A DNA stretch of 64,000 nt from NCBI GenBank assembly GCA_041391605.1, contig JAWKNQ010000003.1, positions 14,724 to 78,723 on the forward strand, written 5' to 3'. Shown in pieces: positions 29,405 through 39,579 of this stretch (positions are counted from its first letter, which is position 1; every line of letters starts with the position of its first letter). The DNA is from Bacteroidia bacterium (lineage in GTDB: Bacteria > Bacteroidota > Bacteroidia > NS11-12g > UBA955). The translations under genes and the position numbers were made by a program. The notes under the pieces are model-generated. The model ran no database searches and was not told the DNA's origin. It saw only the letters and a list, made by a program, of their open reading frames with translations.

Positions 29405-30100
29405 ATGGATCAAGGAAAAGAATTTAAAAAATATGCAACTAAGCATTTAGGTTTAAACAGTTTAACTGTAGACCGCTACATCAACAACGCAAGCCCTAAG
29501 GTTATTACAAACCTTACTCCAAATATTATTGAAGAACGTCCACTTAACATTGCTGCTATGGATATTTTCTCAAGATTAATGATGGATAGAATCATTTTCC
29601 TTGGTGTTCCAATAAATGACGAAGTCGCAAATATCGTAATGGGGCAATTGTTATTCTTAGAAAGTTCAAACCCAAACCGAGATATTCAAATATACATAAA
29701 TAGCCCAGGAGGTAGTGTTTACGCTGGATTAGGCATTTATGATACTATGCATTTCATACCAAGTGATGTGAGTACAATCTGTACTGGAATTGCTGCTAGT
29801 ATGGCTGCGGTATTAATGTGTGCCGGAGAAAAAGGCAAAAGAACTGCATTGAAACACAGTCGCATAATGATTCATCAACCTCTAGGAGGAGTTCAAGGTC
29901 AAGCAACTGAAATCGAAATCACTTATAGAGAGATATCAAAATTGAAAAAGGAATTATACGATATTATAGCACTTCATAGTGGTCAAACATTTGAAAAAGT
30001 TGAAAAGGATAGTGACAGAGATTATTAGATGACAGCAGAAGAAGCTGTTGCTTATGGTATGGTGGATGATATCCTAACTAAGGCAAAAGGTAAAAAATAA
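29405..30100 (+). pseudogene. clpP: ATP-dependent Clp protease proteolytic subunit with an in-frame TAG at 30026..30028. The ancestral frame continues to a TAA at 30098..30100.
   Basis: Catalytic Ser (AASMAA), His (MIHQPLGG) and the Asp region (DSDRD) all lie upstream of the stop. After the TAG the same frame reads MTAEEAVAYGMVDDILTKAKGKK* and ends in a TAATG overlap with clpX. Confidence 0.8.
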
Positions 30101-31332
30101 TGGCAAGTAAAAAATCGAGTTCGTTTTGTTCCTTCTGCGGTAAACCCAAAGAAGAATCTACTATGCTTATTTCTGGCATAGAAGCTAATATTTGTGATGC
30201 GTGTGTAGAACAAGCTTCAAAAATTGTTGATGTTGAGCTCGGTAACACTGTCAAAACCAAAAAAGAAGACAGCAAATTTAATATCAGTCTTCTAAAGCCA
30301 CATGAAATAAAAAAACATTTAGATGAGTTTGTAATTGGTCAAGATCAAGCAAAAAAAGTATTATCGGTATCTATATACAACCATTACAAAAGAGTCTTAA
30401 ATGAAACAGAAGGGGACATTGATATTGAGAAATCAAACGTCTTACTTGTTGGTGAAACTGGCACAGGAAAAACACTATTAGTTCGAACATTAGCCAAAAT
30501 CCTAAAGGTGCCATTTTGTATCGCAGATGCTACTGTATTAACAGAAGCAGGATATGTAGGCGAAGATGTAGAAAGTGTAATTTCAAGATTGTATCAAGCG
30601 AGTGATTACGATGCCGCTGCAACTCAAAAAGGCATTGTTTATATTGATGAGATTGATAAAATCGCCAGAAAAGGTGATAATCCATCTATCAGTAGAGATG
30701 TCAGTGGCGAAGGTGTACAACAAGGATTACTCAAATTACTTGAAGGTACGGTTGCAAATATTGCTCCAGAGGGTGGTCGTAAACACCCAGACCAGAAGTT
30801 CGTCAAAATTGACACTCGTAATATTTTATTTATTTGTGGTGGGGCCTTTAACGGCATTGAAAAATTAATTGCTAAACGACTCAATAATTCTTCAATTGGT
30901 TTTCACACAAGAAACAAAGACAGATTAAAGGATAGTGATTTAATTGAACAAATTGCACCTTCCGATTTGAAATCTTTTGGATTAATCCCAGAAATCATTG
31001 GTCGAATGCCAATGATTACCTACTTACAGCCATTAGATAGAGAAGCATTGAAAAACATTCTACTAAAACCTAAAAATGCTCTAATTAAACAATATATCAA
31101 GTTGATGGAACTTGAAGGTATCAAACTTGTTTTCGACAAGAAAGCTATAGAGTTAATCGTAAGCAAGGCTGTTGAGTTTAAACTGGGAGCAAGAGGTCTT
31201 AGAACCATTTGTGAAAAATTGATGCTAGATGTTATGTTTGATGCACCATCTAATAACGAGAAAGAGATAACAATAACTTCAGATATGGTTGTCAGTAAAC
31301 TTGCTGATTTCGATAGCATTCGTGCGGCATAA
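30100..31332 (+). CDS. clpX: ATP-dependent Clp protease ATP-binding subunit ClpX
   Basis: Zinc ribbon CSFCGK...CDAC, Walker A GETGTGKTLL, and IYIDEIDKI. Confidence 0.96.
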   Translation: MASKKSSSFCSFCGKPKEESTMLISGIEANICDACVEQASKIVDVELGNTVKTKKEDSKFNISLLKPHEIKKHLDEFVIGQDQAKKVLSVSIYNHYKRVLNETEGDIDIEKSNVLLVGETGTGKTLLVRTLAKILKVPFCIADATVLTEAGYVGEDVESVISRLYQASDYDAAATQKGIVYIDEIDKIARKGDNPSISRDVSGEGVQQGLLKLLEGTVANIAPEGGRKHPDQKFVKIDTRNILFICGGAFNGIEKLIAKRLNNSSIGFHTRNKDRLKDSDLIEQIAPSDLKSFGLIPEIIGRMPMITYLQPLDREALKNILLKPKNALIKQYIKLMELEGIKLVFDKKAIELIVSKAVEFKLGARGLRTICEKLMLDVMFDAPSNNEKEITITSDMVVSKLADFDSIRAA

Positions 31333-31965
31333 GTGGTTATGGATTCCATTCGAAATGCTTACCCCAACTTTGAATCAGAACTGATTACAGAAATCGATTC
31401 AACTGCTATTACTAGGGAAGTGAAGGCCGGTGAGATTTTACTTAAAACTGGCCAATATATTCAAGATACTATCCTTGTTTTGCAAGGTAAAATTAAGATT
31501 TTTCGAGAAGATCAAGATGGTAATGAGTTTTTTATGTACTATTTGACTCCTGGTCAAGCATGTGCCTTATCAATGATTTGTGCAGCAAAAATGGAAACCA
31601 GTAAAATTATGGCTATTGCAACTGAAGATTCTAAATTATTAATGTTACCCCTTAATAAAATGGAGAATTGGATGTCCAATTATAAATCCTGGTATTCGTT
31701 TGTTGTAAATACTTATAGAGATCGATTTGAGGAGATGCTATTGGTACTTGATCAAGTTGCTTTTAGAAGCATGGACGAAAGATTAGAATTTTATTTAAAA
31801 CGACAAGCAGAAATACTAAATAAGAAACACATTCATCTTACCCATCAGGAAATCGCCAATGATTTAAATTCTAGCCGAGAAGTTATATCTCGCTTATTGA
31901 AAAAGATGGAACAAAGAGGCTTATTGACACTTCATAGGAATGATATTGAATTGCATATTTTATAG
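31333..31965 (+). CDS. Crp/Fnr-family transcriptional regulator
   Basis: cNMP-binding-like N-domain and a C-terminal HTH (THQEIANDLNSSREVISRLLKKME). The real start is probably the ATG at 31339. Confidence 0.8.
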   Translation: MVMDSIRNAYPNFESELITEIDSTAITREVKAGEILLKTGQYIQDTILVLQGKIKIFREDQDGNEFFMYYLTPGQACALSMICAAKMETSKIMAIATEDSKLLMLPLNKMENWMSNYKSWYSFVVNTYRDRFEEMLLVLDQVAFRSMDERLEFYLKRQAEILNKKHIHLTHQEIANDLNSSREVISRLLKKMEQRGLLTLHRNDIELHIL

Positions 31966-32072
31966 CACAATATAAATTTGTAATTCTTTAAGAATCTTTA
32001 CTTAATCAAACTTTAAAAAGTGCAGAAATTGCCTTCCCATTTATTATTTTTCATTAATTTAGCCTCCCCTAT

Positions 32073-33983
32073 TTGAATACACCTAATGACATATTAAAAC
32101 AGTACTTTGGATACGACGAATTCAGACCACTTCAAAAAGATATTGTTGAAAGTGTATTAGCTGGAAATGACACTATTGCTTTGCTCCCAACTGGTGGTGG
32201 AAAGTCAGTTTGTTTTCAAGTTCCTGCATTAATGAAGCCAGGAATGTGCATTGTGGTTACACCATTAATTGCACTTATGAAAGACCAAGTTGAAAATTTA
32301 CTTAGTCGCGATATTCCAGCTTTAGCATTGTTTAGCGGAATGAGTAGAAAGGAGCTTGAGTTTGAGTTAGAAAATTGCGTGAATGGAAAATACAAGTTTC
32401 TATATGTTTCACCAGAACGATTATTAAGTCAGCATTTTCTGGATTTTGCGATTCATATGAATCTGAATTTTCTAGCAATAGATGAAGCTCACTGTGTTTC
32501 TCAATGGGGATATGATTTTAGACCACCTTATTTAAAAATACCAGAATTCAAATACAAATTCCATGGAATCAATTGCATTGCATTAACTGCTTCAGCCACA
32601 CCGTCAGTAGTTTTAGATCTAGAAGATAAATTGGAGTTGAAAAAACCCAAATTATTTCAAGCTAGTTTCGCGCGATCTAATCTATCCTATGTTGTGCAAA
32701 ATGAAGAAAACAAAATTGAAAAGGTAAAAGTTATTTGTGAAAAAATTAAAGGAAGTGGGCTAATTTATGTAAAAAGCAGAAAAAAAACACTCGAAATTTC
32801 GAAATATCTTCAAAGTAATGGCATTTCATCAGATTATTATCACGCAGGTCTGGAATCTAAATTAAGAACTCAAAAACAAAACCGCTGGAAACAAGGTGAG
32901 ATAAGAGTGATGGTATGCACAAATGCCTTTGGAATGGGAATTGATAAGCCGGATGTTCGATTTGTTATTCACGAACAGAAGCCAGATTCATTAGAAGCCT
33001 ATTACCAGGAAGCAGGAAGAGCTGGAAGGGACGGTAAAAAATCTTACTGCATTTTATTAAATCACAAGTCTGATTTCAATGATGATATTAAACGAATTGA
33101 ACTTAAATATCCTTCAAGTAAAGATATCTATAGAATATATGAGTTGATATACAATTATTTGAAAATTGCAGTAGGTTCAGGAAAAGGAATTAGTTACAAT
33201 TTTGATATTCAGGAGATGAGTTCTTATTTTAATGTAAACCCCAATCTTGTTCTTAATGCATTAAAAATACTTGAATTGGATGGATATTTTCAGACAACTG
33301 ATTCTGTTTATCTTCCATCCCGATTAAAAATTTTATGCACCTATCAGGAATTATATGAATGGCAATTGAATAACGAAAGTGTTGATGCATTATTTAAAAC
33401 ATTGCTTCGATCTTATGGAGGTTTATTCGATTTTTACACTTCTATTTTTGAATTTGAAATAGCTAAAAGAATTAATAAATCTGAGCGTTGGGTTCGTGAG
33501 CATTTGGAAAAATTAAAACAAGTTGAAATAGTAGATTATATTCCCCAATCTGGTGCACCGCAAATTCATTGTTTAGAACACAGAATGTCATCTATTCACA
33601 TCTCTGACAATCGGATTTCTTATTTAAGAAATCTTTACAAAGAGAAAATTGATGCAGTCAATGCTTATGTTTTAAATACTAAAGAATGTAGATCAATGAA
33701 TTTAGTGAAGTATTTTGGTGAAAACAATTCACTTGAATGCGGAATTTGTGATATATGTTTACAGAAAAATAAATCCACTTTAACATTTGAAAAAAACAAC
33801 GAACGGATTCAGTCTTTGAAGGCTATTATAAATAAAGGCACATTCAAACTCATTGATATTAAGCAACATGTCAGTGATGAAGAAACAAAAGACTATTTGG
33901 CTATATTGCGATGGTTTATTGATAATGAATACTTAGAAGAAACTGAGGACGGGTTTTTAAAATGGACAAAAAAAAGACATTGA
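32073..33983 (+). CDS. recQ: RecQ-family ATP-dependent DNA helicase
   Basis: LPTGGGKS, DEAHCVSQWGYDFRP, and a zinc-binding Cys cluster (CGICDIC). TTG start. Confidence 0.9.
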   Translation: MNTPNDILKQYFGYDEFRPLQKDIVESVLAGNDTIALLPTGGGKSVCFQVPALMKPGMCIVVTPLIALMKDQVENLLSRDIPALALFSGMSRKELEFELENCVNGKYKFLYVSPERLLSQHFLDFAIHMNLNFLAIDEAHCVSQWGYDFRPPYLKIPEFKYKFHGINCIALTASATPSVVLDLEDKLELKKPKLFQASFARSNLSYVVQNEENKIEKVKVICEKIKGSGLIYVKSRKKTLEISKYLQSNGISSDYYHAGLESKLRTQKQNRWKQGEIRVMVCTNAFGMGIDKPDVRFVIHEQKPDSLEAYYQEAGRAGRDGKKSYCILLNHKSDFNDDIKRIELKYPSSKDIYRIYELIYNYLKIAVGSGKGISYNFDIQEMSSYFNVNPNLVLNALKILELDGYFQTTDSVYLPSRLKILCTYQELYEWQLNNESVDALFKTLLRSYGGLFDFYTSIFEFEIAKRINKSERWVREHLEKLKQVEIVDYIPQSGAPQIHCLEHRMSSIHISDNRISYLRNLYKEKIDAVNAYVLNTKECRSMNLVKYFGENNSLECGICDICLQKNKSTLTFEKNNERIQSLKAIINKGTFKLIDIKQHVSDEETKDYLAILRWFIDNEYLEETEDGFLKWTKKRH

Positions 33984-35062
33984 TAATCGCAATTACTGGA
34001 AATATTTTCAGTGATCAACGTATGCAGAGAATTGCAGGAGCACTGTCTGAATCTGAATGGAATGTTGATCTTTATTATCGCAACTATTTTAAAAATAAAA
34101 TTCTCAAACCCGTTTCGGAACCTTCATACACATTCAATGTATTTGGCATTAAGTCCAAATTTAAATCAGGCATCTTATTTTATTTAGCATATAATGTTCA
34201 ACTTTTTATTAAGTTAGTGTTTAAAAAAACAGATATGTTTTACGCAGTAGATAGCGATACTTTGCCTGCATTTATTCTACTAAAAACCATCAGAAGAAAA
34301 CCACTAATTTACGACGCTCATGAATACTTCTCTGAAGTGCCTGAATTAAGTAATTCACCTTTCAAGAAGTGGGTTTGGCATACGATTACAAAAATCGGTG
34401 TGAGACTTTCAAAAACTTGTATTACTGTTGGGCCTGCAATATCAAATGAACTTAAAAGAAGATATGGTAAAACGTTTGTAAGTATACGAAATGTTCCTTT
34501 ACAAAGGAAAATAGAATTTCCTCCAACAGATTCACTTCGAGCCATATTATATCAGGGTGCTTTGAATAAAGACAGAGAAATTGAACTTCTCATTCGCGCT
34601 ATGGACAAACTGCCAAACTTTAAATGTTTAATTGCTGGAGAAGGAGATTTAAGTCAATCATTGCGCGAATTGGCTAAAAATTCATCTAACGTTGAATTTT
34701 TAGGTTTACTATCTCCAAATGCATTAGCCGAACTGACGCCCAAATGTTATGCGGGATATAATTTATTAAATGCAGAAGAAAGTCTCAGTTATTATTATTC
34801 ATTGAGCAATAAATACTTTGATTATATGCAGGCAGAAATTCCCTCAATATCATCTAAACTGCCAGAATATTTGAGATTAAATGAAGCCTTTAATTGTGGT
34901 GTCTGTATTGAAAACAATGAAGCTGAATTAATTAAAATTATTAAAAATTGGGATAGCAATCCTGCAGAATATCAGAAATTAAAAGAAAATGCTAAGTTTG
35001 CTGCAGAAAAGAATCATTGGGAATTGGAAAAACAAAAATTAATTGAATTGATAGATCTTTGA
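33962..35062 (+). CDS. glycosyltransferase (GT-B, family 1/4-like)
   Basis: 366 aa with a typical GT1-like C-terminal half (AGEGDL...). It overlaps recQ by 22 nt and the next GT by 4 nt. Confidence 0.6.
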   Translation: MDKKKTLIIAITGNIFSDQRMQRIAGALSESEWNVDLYYRNYFKNKILKPVSEPSYTFNVFGIKSKFKSGILFYLAYNVQLFIKLVFKKTDMFYAVDSDTLPAFILLKTIRRKPLIYDAHEYFSEVPELSNSPFKKWVWHTITKIGVRLSKTCITVGPAISNELKRRYGKTFVSIRNVPLQRKIEFPPTDSLRAILYQGALNKDREIELLIRAMDKLPNFKCLIAGEGDLSQSLRELAKNSSNVEFLGLLSPNALAELTPKCYAGYNLLNAEESLSYYYSLSNKYFDYMQAEIPSISSKLPEYLRLNEAFNCGVCIENNEAELIKIIKNWDSNPAEYQKLKENAKFAAEKNHWELEKQKLIELIDL

Positions 35063-36186
35063 AAAATCACCTCCATATCGTATCCTTTGATGTACCTTAC
35101 CCTTGTGATTATGGAGGGGTAATTGATATTTATCACAAAATTAGATGCTTAAACAATATTGGAGTTTCTATCACTCTGCATTGCTTTCAATATGGAAGAG
35201 ATGAAGCAAAACAATTGAATAAAATATGCAAGAAAGTTATTTATTACAAACGCAGTAAATATAGAAATCCCTTTATTGGTGAAATTCCATATATTGTTCT
35301 CACTCGAAGTAATGATGAGCTTCTCACGAATTTGTGCAAGGATCAATCCCCTATTCTTTTCGAAGGTATTCATACAACTTTTTTTCTTAATCATTCTAAA
35401 TTGAAAAATCGCTTTAAAATGGTAAGAAATCATAATATTGAGCACGATTATTATAAAAGTTTAGAACAAGTAGAATCTAATTATTTCAAAAAGTATTTTT
35501 TCAGGAATGAATCTGATAAACTTAAGACTTATGAAAAAAGATTGAAATTAGCGAGCAAGGTATTGGCTATTTCACCATCAGATCACAATTACTTGAATAA
35601 GAAATATCATAATTCTATATTGATACCTGCTTTTCATTCAAATGATTCGGTTCATATTTCCGAAGGTACAGGGAAATTTGTTTTGTATCATGGTAACCTA
35701 TCGGTAGGCGAAAACAATTTTGCGGCACTTTACTTGGTAAATAAAGTTTTTTCAAAAATCAGGATTCCTTGTGTAATTGCAGGTAATAATCCAAGTAAGG
35801 AACTTATTAAAGCTTGTCTTAAACACTCGCATATTAATCTTATTGACAACTGGAATAATGAACAAATTATGGATGCTGTTGCAAATGCCCATATAAATGT
35901 TCTGCCAACATTTCAAGCAACAGGGATTAAACTAAAACTCCTAAATGCTTTATATTCAGGACGTTTCTGTTTGGTTAACCCGACTATGGTTGACCAAACG
36001 ACTTTAGAAAAAGCTTGTATCATCGCTAAAAACTCTAAGTCATTTATAGCTGAAATAGAAAATGTTTGGAAATTGCCGTTCACTGAGAAACTAATTCAAG
36101 AAAGAAGAACCCATCTAGAAAATAGTATTTTCGAAAATACTGTGAATGCCAATAAAATAGCAGAGCTAGTGGGTCTTAAAACTTAA
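35059..36186 (+). CDS. glycosyltransferase-like protein (GT-B fold)
   Basis: 375 aa, translationally coupled to the preceding GT. The family call is weak. Confidence 0.45.
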   Translation: MKNHLHIVSFDVPYPCDYGGVIDIYHKIRCLNNIGVSITLHCFQYGRDEAKQLNKICKKVIYYKRSKYRNPFIGEIPYIVLTRSNDELLTNLCKDQSPILFEGIHTTFFLNHSKLKNRFKMVRNHNIEHDYYKSLEQVESNYFKKYFFRNESDKLKTYEKRLKLASKVLAISPSDHNYLNKKYHNSILIPAFHSNDSVHISEGTGKFVLYHGNLSVGENNFAALYLVNKVFSKIRIPCVIAGNNPSKELIKACLKHSHINLIDNWNNEQIMDAVANAHINVLPTFQATGIKLKLLNALYSGRFCLVNPTMVDQTTLEKACIIAKNSKSFIAEIENVWKLPFTEKLIQERRTHLENSIFENTVNANKIAELVGLKT

Positions 36187-36240
36187 GCGTTTTAATTGGA
36201 TAATTCGTCTTAGAATGCTTGAAAACTGTACAAAAAGAAG

Positions 36241-36248
36241 TAATTTTG
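36241..36248 (+). promoter_or_regulatory. -7 box TAATTTTG, 4 nt upstream of the GTG start at 36253
   Basis: Exact TAnnTTTG match. Confidence 0.3.
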
Positions 36249-36252
36249 TGCT

Positions 36253-36609
36253 GTGGGTGGAATATTAAGTGCATTAACAAGGAAACAACCAAAACCAAGA
36301 GGTTTTAGATATAAACCTCGTTACTACAATGCTGATAAAGCAGAGTTTCAAGCCTATGTAGAAAAACTTAGAGCAGAAAGAGATGCTAGAGACAGAGGTG
36401 AATATAGACCTGATTTCAAAGGAAAATTCACTTCTAAAACGAAAAGAGGCTCAGCATATCAAAGACAAATAGCCCTTTATAATTTAAAATTAATTGTTGT
36501 ACTTATCGTAGTTTGCATTGCAGCCTATTATTTGAGTGAATCAGGACACATATCTAAAGGTATAAATTCCTTTCTAGAGGTTTTTAGCAAGAAAAATGGA
36601 TTGTATTAA
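36253..36609 (+). CDS. hypothetical small membrane-anchored basic protein
   Basis: 118 aa with an Arg/Lys-rich N-half and one TM segment ([15 protein letters not shown]). It overlaps the mutL start by 14 nt. Confidence 0.45.
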   Translation: MGGILSALTRKQPKPRGFRYKPRYYNADKAEFQAYVEKLRAERDARDRGEYRPDFKGKFTSKTKRGSAYQRQIALYNLKLIVVLIVVCIAAYYLSESGHISKGINSFLEVFSKKNGLY

Positions 36610-38393
36610 ACTTCTACCTGACAACATTGCAAATCAAATTGCAGCTGGTGAAGTTGTCCAAAGACCTGCTTCAGTTGTCAAAGAGTTGCTTGAAAACTCT
36701 TTAGATGCTGGAGCTACAGATATCAAACTGAATATAAAAGAAGGTGGCACTTTACTTATTCAAATTATTGACAATGGTGACGGTATGGGTGTTACCGATG
36801 CTCGAATGTGTTGGGAAAGACATGCTACATCTAAAATAAAAAGTGCAGATGATTTGTTTAAATTGAGAAGCTTTGGATTTAGAGGTGAGGCTTTGGCTTC
36901 CATTGCAGCAATTGCACATGTGGAAATGAAAACTAAGCGTAAAGAAGATGAACTTGGCACCACGATTCAAATTGAAGGAGGAAAAGTAATTAGCAAAGCC
37001 CTGTTGCTTGTCTAAATGGAACCCAGTTTTCAATTAAAAACTTGTTTTTCAATGTTCCTGCAAGACGAAATTTCCTCAAAAGTATACCTGTTGAATTAAG
37101 ACATATCATTGATGAATTTACACGAGTTGCACTTCCACAACCAAATATAGCTTTTAGTTTAACACAACAACAAAGAAGTATTCGATTTGAGACCTAGTTC
37201 GTCTGCACAAAGAATCACAGTACTATTGGGTAAAAAAAACGATAAAGATTTTTTAACAGTTAACGAAACACACGATTTATTAAAAGTTTCAGGGTTTGTA
37301 GGTAAACCAGAGATAGCGAAGCGCACAAAAGTGAGCAGTATCTTTTTGTGAATAATCGATTTATAAAGATCCATATTTGAATCATGCAGTTGTTAATGCA
37401 TTTGATCAAATGATAGCAAAAACAGTTTCCTATATGTTTTATTCCTAGAAATAGACCCCAAGCGAATTGATGTAAATATTCACCCAACAAAGACTGAAAT
37501 AAAATTTGATGACGACCGTGCAATCTACATACTAGTTAAATCTGCTATTAAAAAGGCACTTGGTCAATATATGTCAATACCAGACATCGATTTTGCCGAC
37601 CCTAAAGTATTTAATCCTGTCGGATTCGAAAAATACAACAATGAGAACATGGCAGTTGCACCTCAAATTAAAGTTAACAAATCTTATAATCCGTTTGGTG
37701 ATGCACCATTCAAATCTGTCCAGAATAAACAATGGCAGCAATTATTTGGCAATTCGTATCTTGATGAAGATAGTTCAATTTCTAATTTAAATCTACAACA
37801 AGAAATCGAAATAGAAAAAACTAATTTTAAAATTGAACATGCTTTTCAACTACCAAATGGATTTATTGTAACAGAATACAAAAACCATTTATTGATAGTG
37901 GATCAGAGAGCAGCTCATGAACGAATTTTATATGAAAAATATTTAAATAACATAAAAAAACGTGCAGCTCCAATTCAACAATTACTATTTCCTAGGACCA
38001 TAGAATTATCAAAACAAGATTATGCTCTTGCTCATGAAATCATGAATGAACTTAAAGATATTGGTTTTGATGTAGCAGATTTTGGAAAAGAATGCTTAAT
38101 CATTAATGGAGTACCTGCAGAAACTGCTAAAGGCAGTGAGAAAGACTTACTAGAAGGAATAATTGAATACTTCAAGCACAACGCCGACCAGTTTGCAGGA
38201 GATAAAAGAAAGACCTTAGCTGTCGCGCTTGCACAAAATGAAGCAATATTTCGAACTAAAACCATGGAACAAGAAGAACTTATTTCACTACTCAATCAAT
38301 TGTGTTTGTGTGCGATAATTTCAATTCAGACCAAATGGAAAACACATTTATATTGAATTTAGCTCTGATAAAATTAACGACCTTTTTAAATAA
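36596..38393 (+). pseudogene. mutL: DNA mismatch repair protein MutL, full length but broken by at least 7 single-nucleotide frameshifts
   Basis: The N-terminus is intact ([39 protein letters not shown]). My stitching continues ...[22 protein letters not shown]...[24 protein letters not shown]...[60 protein letters not shown]...PNGKHIYIEFSSDKINDLFK*. Frame switches are at about 36998, 37161, 37331, 37366, 37420, 38302 and 38331. Confidence 0.85.
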
Positions 38394-38398
38394 CAAAA

Positions 38399-39138
38399 AT
38401 GGGAAGATTTGAACTTACTCCAGTCATACAACAAATCCTGATAGGATGCGTAGTATTATTTATTGGAACATACTTATTAGAAGGAAGAGAATACTTTGAT
38501 TTGAATAATATTTTGGCTTTTCATTACCCTAAAAATGAACTTTTTAAACCATGGCAGATTATTACTCATATGTTTATGCATGGTGGAATTGCTCATTTGG
38601 CTTTCAATATGTTTGCTTTGGTATCCTTGAGGGTAACAATTGAAAAAATCGTGGGTAGTAAAAGTTCTTTATTCTATTTTTTGTTTCAGGCTTAGGCTCA
38701 ATTGTTCTACACGTAGCTATCCAAATATGGCAAGTTTATCAAATTTCTGGATTAATTCTGCCTTCACTTTCAGAATTAGGTGTGGAAGTTCAAGGAGATA
38801 AAATATTTCCAAATGGCACCAGCGCAGTACAAACTCAAGAAAACTTAAATACTGTTGGTAGAATATATTTCGGTGCTGTTGTTGGGGCGAGTGGAGCCAT
38901 TTATGGAATTGCAGTAGCTTTCGCATTTTATTTCCTAACACAGGATTGGTTTTTATTTTATTCCTTATCCTATCAAGGCTAAATACATGATTCCAGCTCT
39001 AATTGGTTTAGATTTATTTTTGGATTTAGCAATTTCAAATGGGACCCAATAGCGCACTTTGCTCATATAGGTGGTGCTTTATCAGGGTTTCTTTTGGTTT
39101 ATTATTGGCGTAAATTCGATAAAACCAATTTCTGGTAA
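38399..39138 (+). pseudogene. rhomboid-family intramembrane serine protease, broken by 3 single-nucleotide frameshifts
   Basis: HMFMHGGIAHLAFNMFAL (H..H...N motif) and GASGAIYG (catalytic GxSG) lie in different frames. The stitched C-terminus is ...IGFYFIPYPIKAKYMIPALIGLDLF.GFSNFKWDPIAHFAHIGGALSGFLLVYYWRKFDKTNFW*. Switches are at about 38664, 38944 and 39020. Confidence 0.8.
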
Positions 39139-39579
39139 TTAACAATCTACTTTACTAACTCTATTCTGGTGTCTTCCACCTTCAAAAGAAGCATTTAAAT
39201 AGGATGTTACTATCTCCTTTCCAGTTTCAATATCTATAAACCTTGCAGGCAAGCATAAAATATTCGCGTTGTTGTGTTGTCTTGCTAACGAACCTAATTC
39301 TGGGAGCCAGCATAATGCAGCTCTAATTCCTTTGTGTTTATTGGCAGTTAAGCACACACCATTTCCACTTCCACATATCAAAATACCCAATGAATTCGCA
39401 TCTTCCAAAACAGCATTCGAAACAGGATGGGCGATGTCTGGATAGTCCATAGAATCTTTCGTATAAGTACCAAAATCCTTAACAGTGAATCCATGTTCTT
39501 CTAAAAACTTAATTACTTCCATTTTTAATTCTATCCCTGCGTGATCGCAACCTATCTGAATTTTTATTGAATTATCCAT
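39139..39579 (-). CDS. rpiB: ribose-5-phosphate isomerase B
   Basis: Motifs GCDHAG and CGSGNG, 146 aa. Confidence 0.92.
   Translation of the reverse strand: MDNSIKIQIGCDHAGIELKMEVIKFLEEHGFTVKDFGTYTKDSMDYPDIAHPVSNAVLEDANSLGILICGSGNGVCLTANKHKGIRAALCWLPELGSLARQHNNANILCLPARFIDIETGKEIVTSYLNASFEGGRHQNRVSKVDC

Noticed and set aside
30026-30028. TAG in clpP read as a sense codon (stop-codon reassignment or pyrrolysine-like recoding).
   Set aside because: TAG clearly terminates other genes in the window, for example the DinB-family gene at 19504..19506 and the OMP pseudogene at 19505..19507. Nothing else suggests an alternative code.
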